Shown here piece by piece: positions 53,587 to 64,000 of a stretch of 64,000 nt of DNA (position 1 is its first letter; every line of letters begins with the position of its first letter). The notes under the pieces were generated by a model that saw nothing but the letters and a program-made list of their open reading frames with translations, was not told where the DNA came from and did not search any database. This DNA comes from Malacoraja senta. Lineage: Eukaryota. The DNA lies in assembly GCA_038087875.1 (NCBI GenBank), contig CM075988.1, positions 9,922,001 through 9,986,000 of the forward strand, read 5' to 3'. The position numbers were made by a program, and so were the translations under genes.

Positions 53587-54480
53587 ATCCTGAAACTAGA
53601 ATGTGAATAGTATGCAATCCATACAATGTCAACTCTTCAGATATCTCAGGCAGCATCTCTGGAAAAAATGGGTAGGTGCCGTTTTTGGTCAGGATCGTTG
53701 AATTTGATTGTGGTGGGGGAAGAGAAAGCTGGAAGAGAGGTGGAACGGGACTTGGAATGTAACGTTTTAGGTTGGGACCCTTCTTCAGGGTCTGAAGAAA
53801 GGCCCCAACTTGAAACATCACCAATTCATGTTCTCTAGAGATGCTGCCTGATCCACTGAGTTACTCCAGCATTTTGTGTCCCAGCAGGAAAGAGTAGTCT
53901 GTTCAAGTTCTCTCACTTCCTCCATGGGCAATTCCTCTTCATCTCTCTAACTTGGAGCTGCCTTCCCAAGTGGAATAGGCAGAGGGAAACGTATCTGGGA
54001 GTTTAGGCCTGGTCGTAGAGTCATACAGCATGGAAACAGACGCTTTGTCTCAACTTGCCCATGCTGGCCAAGATGCCCAATCTACACTAGTCCCACCTGC
54101 CCTCGTTTGGCCCATATACCTCTAAACTTTGCTATCCATGTACCTGTCCAAATGCTTTTAATGCAAAATGCCTCCTGGTCCTACAAGCAGATAAGAATGG
54201 GGCAATAGTGATTAGATCCAGTGGGAAAAGATGTAGTGGGGAGATGGTGTGAGCGTTAACTTTCATTTTACTTCGGAGTCACATGAGTGACTACGTCAAG
54301 AACCCATCCAGACCACACATGCGTCATATTGTCAGACGCATAGCGTTGCGACCGTGTGTGGAGGAGCAAAGCTCCACCAAGCGGTGAATAAAGTAAAAGT
54401 CGGAAGGTAAGTGCTTTCACTTTCGCTTCCAGGTTCGCCTTTCTCGTCAGACTTGTTGGTGGAGCTCCACGCAAGTTATT

Positions 54481-55838
54481 ATGGAGAGAGGGCGTAGAGG
54501 AAAAAGACGTACCGCAGGTAAACCCCAAGTATCTGAGGGTAGCGGGCGTCCGTTAGAGGAGTCAGTGGCAGCGAGGCCATCAACGCCTGTTGCGATCGAA
54601 AGTGCTGTTGTAACGCCGGTGGGGCGCAAGGCCGGGCAAAAGTCCGTATGACCAGCAGACTCCGATGAGTCAGACCCGGAGGTAAACCCTCCTCAGTCAG
54701 AGGTTATGGCTGCTAGGGTCGCGAGTTTAGAATTCCTTATGGGGAAGATGATTTATCAAGAACCCCCTCAGGAGGAATTTAGTCCGTGTTGGCCTATGAG
54801 AGAGACAGCGCAGGGAGTGCCTTGGATGGGACAGGCACAGCGTTGGCCTACAGGAGAGCCATCAGAAATGTCTGCGCAAAGACAATACATAGGTTGGCCT
54901 ACAGGAGAGCCAGTGCCAGAAATGCCAGGAAAAAGGCAGTATATGTGTTGGCCTACAGGAGAGCCAGTACCAGAAATGCCTGAACAAAGGCAGTATAAGC
55001 GTTGGTCTAGAGAAGTGCCAGCGCCAACAATGTCAGAAGAAAGACAGTATAAGCGTTGGCCTAGAAGTGAGCCAGCGCCAGCAGCACCTGAAACAGGGCT
55101 GCCTATCCGTGGGCCTACAAGAGAGCCCGCGCAGGGCGAATCTGGTAAAGAATTTACTATGCGAAGGCCTATGGAAGAGCCACTAGATTTACCTGAAACA
55201 GGGATGCCAGAAATTTCCCATCAGGAGGAGGAACATCAGGATTCAGATGATGAATCATATGAGGACCAGAGCCCGATAACAGAGTCTAAAATACCAGGGC
55301 TGGCACTAAAGTTTGCTGTTCCCAGATAACAGGGGAACCTTTGGGAGATGAAATAGCAATGACTATAAATTACTTGGTCTCCCATCAGCTCCAGGAATTA
55401 ACTATGGATGAGACTGTCAAAAAATATGAAACCCCGGAGAATTGTGCACTGTTAGCAATCCCAGCGGTGAATAACGTAATATGGGGCTATTTGGGCAGTG
55501 GATTATGCTCACAAGAATTAAAATTACAACGAGTGTTGAGAGTGCTGGGGTCAGGCATTAAGGCGTTTGCCAGAGGGTTGGATGAAGAGCATGTATCTGC
55601 TTCACAACAAGATGCCTTAGCACTTATGTGTAGTGTGCACTTTGAAATAAACTGTATTCGTAAGAGTGCAATAAGACCTAATATTCATCCTAAGTTTGCA
55701 GGGCTCTGTAAACCATCCAATATACAACTGCCTAATCTGCTTTTTGGAGAGAATCTAGCAAAAAGGGTAAAAGACCTGAATGAAGAGGCAAAAAGCGTGG
55801 GAATGATGAAACCACCGATGCTGAGCAGATCAATTTGA
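54481..55838 (+). pseudogene. gag: DIRS ORF1 (gag-like)
   Basis: ATG at 54481 is in frame with ORF 54706 across a TGA at 54649. Frameshift near 55325. KYETPENC..VNNVIW and LLFGENL motifs. Position upstream of RT. Confidence 0.75.
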
Positions 55839-55866
55839 AGGCAGTATCCCTACAGACGGATATCTG

Positions 55867-57384
55867 GTGCTGGAGAAGGAACAAGTCGATCGTTCCCATT
55901 GGCGTACTGCGCCTGGGATGCGTGGAGGTTATAATGTGCCTACTAAGAGGGGACAACATTTGCCGGCGGCAAACCCCGAGGTAGGTGGGTCTGGTCTGGT
56001 AAGAAACATAGCAAATGTTTTACACTCACAAGTGGGAGGAAGATTACAATTCTTCCTAAAAGAATGGCAACTAATAACAAATGATTCATTTATACTGTGC
56101 AGCATTGTGGGATTTCGAAATGAGTTCTATCCACATTTGAATCCTCCTACTCAGCATATTTCAAGCTGGTCACGTACTTTCTCAAAAGAAGAGAATACGC
56201 AGATCCAGGCAGAATTGAAAATATAATGCAAAAAAGGTGTAATAGAAAAGTCAGTAGAACAACACCATCAGTTTGTGTCAAGTATTTTCCCTAGAACAAA
56301 AAAGGATGGTGGATGTAGAATTATTCTGGATCTGACAAGTCTTAACCCTTTCGTACAGTATAAACATTTTAAAATGGAAACATTTACAAACGCCATTCAG
56401 CTTGTCACAAGAAACTGCTATATGGCAAGTATAGATCTGCAAGATGCATATTATTCTGAGGCAGTGCATGGTAATGATCGGAGATATCTAAAATTTAGAT
56501 GGATGAGTCAGTTACGGCAGTTTAAAGCATTGCCCAATGGTCTGACTTCAGCTCCAAGATTATTAACAAAATTACTTAAACCAATTTTAGCACTGTTAAG
56601 AGCTGAGGGCCATGTTTTAATGGCTTATTTGGATGATATTCTGATTGTAGGAGACACTTTGGCTACATCAAAGGCATCATTGTCAAGAGTCAAGTTCATT
56701 TTCGAAAAAATGGGATTCATTATTCACCCACAAAAATCAAAACTATTACCAAGCACAAAAATTGATTACCTGGGGTTTACCATTAACTCAGAACACATGG
56801 TAATCACTTTGCCAAAAGATAAAAGGCTGCAGTTAATTGAGGGTTGTATTAAGCTCATTAAAGCGTACCAGCCCTCGATTAGACAAGTGGCAGGCTTGCT
56901 GGGCAAATTAATTGCTGCTTTTCCAGCTGTAAGATTTGGACCATTGGATTATCAGCATTTGCAGAGAGCTAAGGTACAAGCATTAAGGATTAATGCAGGG
57001 CATTTTGATAGGCCCATGCAATTGACAATTGAGCCTATTATGGAATTAAAATGGTGGATTAACAATGTTTCTAATGCTTCTAGACAAGTTCTGATAGAAA
57101 CACCTTCCGTTATTCTACAGACTGATGTAAGTGCTCTAGGATGGGGCACAACTAATATTGTTTCCAGTTGTGGAGGTAGATGGAATGTGGAGGAAGTACT
57201 TTTGCTAGAAAATCAAGGTATAAATTACCTAGAGCTATTAGGAACATTTTATGGGCTTAAAGCTTATTGTTCTAATATGGAAAAATTGCATGTTCAGGTA
57301 CAGATTGACAATACTACAGCTGTAGCATATGTAAATCATATGGGTGGTTCAAGTCAGAATCTTGTGATAGATTGGCAAATATAA
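55867..57384 (+). pseudogene. pol: DIRS reverse transcriptase / RNase H
   Basis: VGGRLQFF, KKDGGCRIILDL, IDLQDAY, LPNGLTSAPR, AYLDD, QTDVSALGWG, INYLEL and DNTTAVAYVNHMGG. In-frame stop at 56224-56226. Confidence 0.93.
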
Positions 57385-57898
57385 TCTGGACCTGGTGTAT
57401 TACCAGAAAGATTTGGCTGTCAGCAATCTACCTACCAGTTAGATTCAACATAGTTGCAGACACAAGGTCACGTAAATTCAATGATAATACAGAATGGATG
57501 CTGCATCATGAAATATTTAATAAAATCATGGCACAATTTGAAATGCCTGAGATTGACTTGTTTGCATCAAGACTCAACCACCAATTGGCTAAGTATGTGT
57601 CATGGGAACCTGTGCAGTAGCGGTGGATGCTTTCTCGCTACATTGGGGTGGTATGTTTCTGTATGCATTTCCTCCGTTTTGTCTAATTAATCGGTGTATA
57701 CAGAAAATTAAACGGGACTCGGCCAGGGGTTTTGGTGGTGCCAGATTGGCCTACACAGCCATGTTATCCACTGGTGTTAAAAATGATCCAAAAAACCCTT
57801 ATGATTATTCCAAAGCAGGGAAAACTGCTTGTACACCCTGTAACTGATGAACCACATCCTTTACATGATCGTATTGGTTTGTTGATTTGCAGATTCTA
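57372..57898 (+). pseudogene. End of RNase H plus DNA N6-adenine methyltransferase-like domain of DIRS
   Basis: NIVADTRSR, IDLFASRLN, VDAFSLHW and YAFPPF. Frameshifted. Confidence 0.8.
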
Positions 57899-58881
57899 AG
57901 AAGGCCATATCTTGGAAGAGGATTATCAGAGCGTACGGTGGATGTTATGGCAGCAGCCTGGAGGAATAGTACCCAGAAGCAGTACATTTCTTATATAAGG
58001 AAATGGGAGGTGTTTTGTTCACAAAAGAATATTGCATATCACACTGCAGACATTTCAGAAGTGTTAGAGTTTCTTTCAACTCTTTATTTTGAATTAAATT
58101 TAAGCTATAGTGCAATCAATACTACACGGAGTGCTCTCTGCATATTTATGCAGGGAATCAGAGCAAAATGCAATAGGATCACATCCTTGGGTCTGTAGGT
58201 TTATGAAGGGAATTTTCAACTCCAATCCTCCTAGACCTAGGTATACAGAAATCTGGAATGTAAAAGATGTACTTATGCTGCTGCGTCAATGGACGCCTAT
58301 TGAAGCTCTGTCATTGGCTAAAATTACCATGAAGTTAGTTATGCTCATGGCATTAGTTTCAGCACAGAGAGTGCAAACATTACAGAAGTTAAGAATAGAC
58401 AGGATGAAAGTAGGGCCAGATGCCATTACATTCTATGTCTATGATTTGCTTAAACAGAGTAGACCTGGGTTCACAGGATGTAAGTTTGTATTTTCAGCAT
58501 ATCCTACGGATCCACGTCTATGTGTAGTAGCATATCTAAGATGTTACATTGAAGCAACCAGAACCTTAAGAGGTGCAGAATCAGCATTTTTTATCAGCTA
58601 TAAAAAAAACTCATAAGAAGGTGTCCACACAGACTATTTCAAGATGGCTGAAACAGGTGTTGATTTATGCAGGTATTGATACTGATAAATTTAAATCTCA
58701 TTCCACCAGGGTGGCAGCAACATCGGCGGCCAGGGATTCAGACGTTCCAATAGATCTTATCCTCGTGGCCGCAGGATGGGCAAGTGAACAGATGTTTCAC
58801 AAGTATTACCATAAGGAGATTAAAGATCCCGGGTTGTTTGGTGGTGCCGTGTTGGATTCAGTATTAGATACCCCATTATGA
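57887..58881 (+). pseudogene. DIRS tyrosine recombinase
   Basis: STQKQY..W, SAQRVQ (Arg), KQSR, HSTR (HxxR), AGW and KYY (Tyr). Two frameshifts, near 58135 and 58605. Confidence 0.92.
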
Positions 58882-59039
58882 TCAAGGGGTACCCCATTAT
58901 TGTTGTAATAAATAAAAACCATTAACTGATTACATTAATGTTGTGGTTATGCATTGTTGATTGCTTTTACTCATTTAGAGTCAATCAATGCAATGAGCGC
59001 CTGGATTTGAATCTATGGCGTGAAATCAGAGCTTTGAAA

Positions 59040-59152
59040 TCTTCACATAGTCACTCACGTGACTCCGAAGTAAAATAGTAAGATTAAACGCGAACTTACC
59101 AGTTTGAAGTTTGATCTTTATTTTATGAGGAGTTATGTTGAGGGACTACGTG
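59040..59152. repeat. DIRS internal complementary region (ICR)
   Basis: 59040-59075 is complementary to 54266-54301. 59072-59152 is complementary to 59291-59371. Confidence 0.92.
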
Positions 59153-60041
59153 CCCTCCGTTCCCACCCTTATAAAGATCAAGCTGGTAGTTCTAGTCTTT
59201 ACGTATCTTACTATCATACTTCAGTAATTGTTGTCTGATTTCACTCCGCTGCTTTGAAGATTGATGTGTGTGTGGTCTGGACGGGTTCTTCACGTAGTCC
59301 CTCAACGTAACTCCTCATAAAATAAAGATCAAACTTCAAACTGGTAAGTTCTCGTTTAATCTTACTATTTTACAGCGTTCTCGACTGCACTCCTACAATA
59401 TGGAATCGTGGAGAACAAGAGGTTTGCTGTAACAAGCTGAAAAAGCAAAGTCGTATTCAATAAACTAAAAGGTCACCATAGGTCAAATGCATGGCAGCAT
59501 TATAGAATTCACACAAAATAAGAAACAATTCAAGGCGTTGAATTGATTAATTTTGGATCCACTGTCAAAGTGCATTCATGCATTTTTTAAAGATTCTAAC
59601 AGGTTGCATTTTAGTGCTGGTGTTGTAATGGGTAATTTATATGTAAATTACATTGATTTGCTGCATGCAGAGTTAGTGTAAACAGTGCATTTGTGCTAGA
59701 CTGTCAGTCTCTTGAATTCTGTTGTATTACTTTGGTGTATTTTATGCCTGTCTCAGATGCTAATGTACTGCTTTTCTCTGCAGTATACCGCTGAACTAAT
59801 CCAGGAGATAATTTCAAGCGTGTCCCAAAGGTGTCTGAGAGCAATGTAAATCTTCCCATGTAAAGAGTACATTTGCAGATAAGATACCCAAATACAAACA
59901 CACGTTTAGTAAAATTACGCCATGTGATATTAGTATTTAATGAAATCCTTTTGTCTTTTATTTGACCAAATTGGAAACAAATTTAATTCTCACAGTAAAA
60001 CAACAGGCTCAAATATTTTCTTCAGGATGTGCTCACATTAA

Positions 60042-60684
60042 TGCCCTTGTCCGACTTAGGAAACCTGAACGGAAACCTCTGGAGATCTTGCACCCCACCC
60101 AAGGTTTCCGTGAGGTTCCCAGAGGTTTTTGTCACTCTCCCTAATGGTCGAAAGTGCTTTCCACGTAGTCGAGTTTCTTCTATGTTCCGGCAATTATTTC
60201 AAAAAATTCAAAACCGGCCTTGACTAAAAATAGGTTGTCGTTTTAAAAATCGGTAATTTTTTAGTCCAAGCCGGTTGCGATGCTAGTTGAAGGTGGTTGC
60301 CGGAGGTTGCTGGTAGTGGAAGGAAAGACCTTTTTTTCACCCAGTTTTATTCCACCAGCGTAGATAAGACCGTAGATAAGAAGGTAAGACCAGAAGGTCT
60401 TACCTTCCACTACCTGCAACCTCCGGTAACCACCTTCAATTAGCATCGCAACCGGCTTCGACTAAAAAATCACAGATTTTTTAAACGGCAACCTATCTTT
60501 AGTCGAGGCCGGTTTCGAATTTTTAAAAATAATCCCCGGAACATAGAAGAAGCTCGACTACGCAGAAACGACTTTCGACCATTAGGGAGAGTGACAAAAA
60601 CCTCCGGGAACCTCACGGAAACCTTGGGTGGGGCGCAAGGTCTCCAGAGGATTCCGTTCAGGTTTCCTAAGTGGGAAAGGGGCA
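60042..60684. mobile_element. PIF/Harbinger-type fold-back MITE
   Basis: TAA TSD at 60039-60041 and 60685-60687. Arms of about 290 bp (60042-60330, 60396-60684) are near reverse complements. Confidence 0.9.
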
Positions 60685-61035
60685 TAAAACTCTTCAGGCA
60701 ACTCCAAGGGACCACTGGCTCTTGATACTGTTCAGTATGTTGTGAGTTGACAGATGAATCCTGGGCAGGTTCGGTAGACACTGGAGTCCATCCATGTGCT
60801 CCAGAAATGCTGCCTGACCTGCTGAGTTACTCTGGCACTCTGTTCTGCACACATTCCCAACATCTGCAGTTCTTTATATGTGCACATTTTTATTTTTTAT
60901 GTGTGTATGTGTGTGTGTGTGTATAGATCTATATATATATTTTTTTTCTCACTTGTTTATTATATTGTTTACATATTCTGTTGTGCTGCAGCAAGTAAGA
61001 ATTTAATTGTTGTATCTGGGACATGACTCTTGACA

Positions 61036-61790
61036 TTTAGTTTAGTTTAGTTTAATTTTCTCACCTGTACCGAGGTACAGTGAAAAGCTTTTGTTGCATG
61101 TTATCCAGTCAGCGAAAAGACTATACATGATTCGAATCGAGCTGTCCACTATGTACAGATACTGGATAAAGGGAATAATGTATCGAGCAAGATAAAGCCC
61201 ATTAGCCAGATTAAAGATAGTCCAAGGGACTCCGATGAGGTAGATGGTAGCCCAGGACCACTCTCTAGTTGTTGATAGGATGGTTCAGTTGCCTGACAAC
61301 AGCCGGGAAGAAATTGTCCCTGAATCTGGAGGCATGCATTTTCACACTTCTGTACCTCTTGCTTCTCTTGATTAAATTTTACTGATTATATGCCCCGTTG
61401 TCACCTTCCCCTCAGCTAACAATGATCTATTCTGCATTTTCCTTTTCGTCCTCGTTGATCTCTCGTTTTCACACCTTACCCTTCCATATCTCTATGTCTC
61501 CCTCTCCCCTGACTCTCACTGTAGAAGGGTCTCGACCCAAAACGTCACCCATTCCTTCTATCCAGAGATGCAGCCTGTTCCGCTGAGTTACTCCTGCATT
61601 TTGTGTTTATCATCAGTGTACCTCTTGCCCGATGGGAGAGGAGAGAAGAAGGAATGACCAGTGAGACAGGTCCTTGATTATGCTCGTGGCCTTGCCGAAC
61701 AGCGTGAAGTCAATGGAAAGGAGGTTGGTTTATGTGATGGTCTGGGCTGCATCCACAATTCTCTGCTATTTTTTGCGGTCTTGGATGAAA
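61036..61790 (-). mobile_element. Rex1-like LINE 3' fragment with a nested Penelope pseudo-LTR (61363-61616)
   Basis: (TTTAG)n tail. The nested piece is flanked by the 12-bp TSD TGTACCTCTTGC at 61351-61362 and 61617-61628. Confidence 0.75.
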
Positions 61791-61951
61791 CTCCATATCC
61801 CTGCCAAAGGTAGGTTAAGTTGCGATTAATGAGTCAGGTGGGCTGGTTATTTGGATTGATTCTTGGCCTCCTGGTGCTTTCATTATAAGGATTCAAGATG
61901 TTTGGTGCACAAGCTATCTCCTTGAAAGTTTAAGCAGTTCTATGCCAGAAC

Positions 61952-62155
61952 TGTGGTGTATGCCCCTTCAAGAGATATCATACACCTATTGTAATACCGG
62001 TAGCCACAAAAGGGGGCTTGCTTAGTATAAAAGCCCTGGTGGTAGTGTGAGCACTCTCTCTTCCTTTCCCCCTCTGGAACCATGATTAAAGGCACGTTGG
62101 TTTTACCTGATGGTTTCTCGATGGTTATTTAAGTATCTGACTCCAGTACTTAACA
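61952..62155 (+). mobile_element. Putative 5' LTR of a Gypsy (Mag-like) retrotransposon
   Basis: TG..CA ends, TATAAAA near 62026, ATTAAA near 62085, directly followed by a PBS. The left boundary is unconfirmed because the 3' LTR is outside the window. Confidence 0.75.
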
Positions 62156-62156
62156 G

Positions 62157-62166
62157 TGGCGACGAG
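62157..62166 (+). promoter_or_regulatory. Primer binding site TGGCGACGAG (complementary to the 3' end of tRNA-Ser(GCT))
   Basis: Starts 1 nt after the LTR-terminal CA. The tRNA assignment is from recalled vertebrate tRNA-Ser sequence. Confidence 0.75.
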
Positions 62167-62676
62167 ATTAAAGAACCCTGATGTCTTACCGACCTCGGCA
62201 TCCTGAAAGATCGAGTGGAGAACGCTCCCCGCACCCTCCCAAGGCAAAGAAGCTTGGTAGAGGCGGGTGTGTGGTTGAGGCTGGACTGGAGCTCCAAAGT
62301 TGTGAGGGTTGGGGCAAAGTGCAGTCAAGGGGGAGAAGTGACCTCGGAGAGCGGGCCCCAGGAACGCATTGGTAGTTGGGGTGAATACCGTCGGTAGTGC
62401 ATAGTGTGCCGGTGGGGGTTTTCCAGTTTCAGCAGTTAAAGAGGCCTGTATACCCGATGGAGGCTGAAGAGACTGGTTGGAAACGGACCTAGAGGGTCCA
62501 GGAAAAAGAAACGCTGCGAGAGAAGGGCGCAGACAGGGCGGGAACCGCCATTTTTGGCACGCCTAAAAACCGGAAGAGAAGGGTGCAAAAGCAGGAACCG
62601 CCATTTTTGGCACGCCTAAAAACGGAAGAGAAGGGTGCTATTTTACAAGTTTTACAAATTCCATTGAAGCTAATTG

Positions 62677-64000
62677 ATGAGCAACATGGCAATAAAAGGA
62701 AAATTTGGAATCTTCGAGAGCAACTTAGAGACTTGGGACACATATTTGGAAAGATTTGATGTTTTCTGTACTGTTAATGATATAGCAGATGATAAGAAAG
62801 CTGTGAATTTATTGAATTATATGGGTGCTAAGACTTATGGATTAGCAAAGGGGTTGTTACATCCTACAAAAGCTGCAAATGCAACATTTAAACAGATATC
62901 TGATAAATTAAAGGAACACTTGAATCCAGCACCATTGTTCTTATCTGAGCGTTTTGCATTTTATAAAAGGGACCAGCAGTTAGAAGAAACTGTGGCACAA
63001 TTTCTGGCAGAGCTAAGAACATTAGCTGTATTTTGTAAATTTGATGATTTTTTAAATCAAGCATTACGGGATAGATTTATTTGTGGATTGAAAAGTGAGA
63101 CTCTATTACAAAAACTGTTAGCTGAGGGTGATATAGATTTGTCCAAAGCATTTACAATGGCTACGTCATTTGAGAAAGCCCAAGAGGGCGCGGCGGCCAT
63201 ACAACAGAAGAGTCCAGAGTTTGAAACCCATAAATTACTACCAAAGGCTGAGAGATGTGTCCGGTGTGGAAAAACCACTCACCATCAGAAAGATTGCTGG
63301 TTTAAAGATAAAATATGTAATGGATGTGGAAAAGTGGGTCACATTGTACGGGCTTGTAGGTCAAAGAAGCCTGGTAGAAGTGAACACTATAGAGCAAGGA
63401 CATTGGGGGCTGAGGCCAAGTTAGTCCATGAAGTTAGGGAAAGTAGTGTGAGCAGCAGTTGTAGTGACTCAGACGTAGAAGCAAGAGAAGTAAGTTGCTT
63501 AAAGATTAAAGCAGTGCAGAATTCGACAGAACTGGATACAATGTGGGTAATGGTGACCATTTCAGGAGTTTCATTGAAACTAGAACTGGATACTGGTTCA
63601 GCGTTAACGGTGATAAATGAGAAGGATTATTATAGGTATTTTTCACAAGAACGGTTGCAGAAGACTAATATTGCTTTAAAAACTTATACGGGTCAAAAGG
63701 TTAGGCCAAAAGGAAGGATTGAGGTATCAGCCAAGTACAATGGTATGACAGTGAGGAATCTGTTTATATACGTGCTGAGGGAAGGCGGACGGCCATTACT
63801 GGGTAGAGAGTGGGCTAGGAGACTGAAATTTGATTGGTCAACTATTCACACATTAAAGCACAGGGAGCTGGGGTTAACAGGGCCCTTGCAAAGTAAATTG
63901 GTTGAAGTAAAGCATAGGGAGCGGGGGTTAATAGGACCCTCAAAAAGTAAATTGGCTGAAGTGTTGGCAACAGCTCCAGAGGTGTTTCAATCAGGACTTG
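62677..64000 (+). CDS. gag-pol: Gypsy (Mag-like) gag-protease polyprotein, open to the window end
   Basis: Hand translation gives ETWDTYLERF, ERFAFYKRDQ, LRDRFICGL, two knuckles (CVRCGKNHSPSEDC, CNGCGKVGHIVRAC), protease LELDTGSA and LLGREW. No stop seen. Absent from the ORF track because it runs off the window. Confidence 0.92.
   Translation, partial: MSNMAIKGKFGIFESNLETWDTYLERFDVFCTVNDIADDKKAVNLLNYMGAKTYGLAKGLLHPTKAANATFKQISDKLKEHLNPAPLFLSERFAFYKRDQQLEETVAQFLAELRTLAVFCKFDDFLNQALRDRFICGLKSETLLQKLLAEGDIDLSKAFTMATSFEKAQEGAAAIQQKSPEFETHKLLPKAERCVRCGKTTHHQKDCWFKDKICNGCGKVGHIVRACRSKKPGRSEHYRARTLGAEAKLVHEVRESSVSSSCSDSDVEAREVSCLKIKAVQNSTELDTMWVMVTISGVSLKLELDTGSALTVINEKDYYRYFSQERLQKTNIALKTYTGQKVRPKGRIEVSAKYNGMTVRNLFIYVLREGGRPLLGREWARRLKFDWSTIHTLKHRELGLTGPLQSKLVEVKHRERGLIGPSKSKLAEVLATAPEVFQSGL

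Larger units (their letters stand above)
54266..59371 (+). mobile_element. DIRS1-type tyrosine-recombinase retrotransposon, structurally complete, ORFs mutated
   Basis: TTTT termini, inverted terminal sequences (54289-54325 vs 59263-59299), internal complementary region at 59040-59152, gene order gag / RT-RH-MT / YR. Confidence 0.95.

Overview
Repeat-dense vertebrate DNA, either intronic or intergenic. The repeat complement (tRNA-headed V-domain/HE1-type SINEs with (CTAAA)n tails, CR1, Rex1/Babar, Penelope) points to a cartilaginous fish such as a skate or ray; this is inference. No host protein-coding gene could be supported. Main elements: (1) a structurally complete but mutated DIRS1-type tyrosine-recombinase retrotransposon (54266-59371, +) with terminal inverted repeats, internal complementary region, gag, RT/RNase H, methyltransferase-like domain and YR; (2) a second, deleted DIRS on the minus strand (about 26330-30398); (3) a full-length CR1 LINE with a 7-bp TSD (46565-51136, -); (4) the 5' end of a Mag-like Gypsy LTR element whose gag-protease frame is open to the window edge (61952-64000); (5) Rex1, L1 and Penelope fragments; (6) several PIF/Harbinger-type MITEs with TWA TSDs and one TGT..ACA MITE with a 5-bp TSD; (7) many SINEs. 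The most notable observations are minimal hammerhead-like motifs in the Penelope-derived repeats, splice signals shared by both DIRS copies that could express the recombinase, the ATTTTAC integration signature of the DIRS, and several templated-insertion or fold-back scars. Boundaries of old fragments are approximate and were set by eye.
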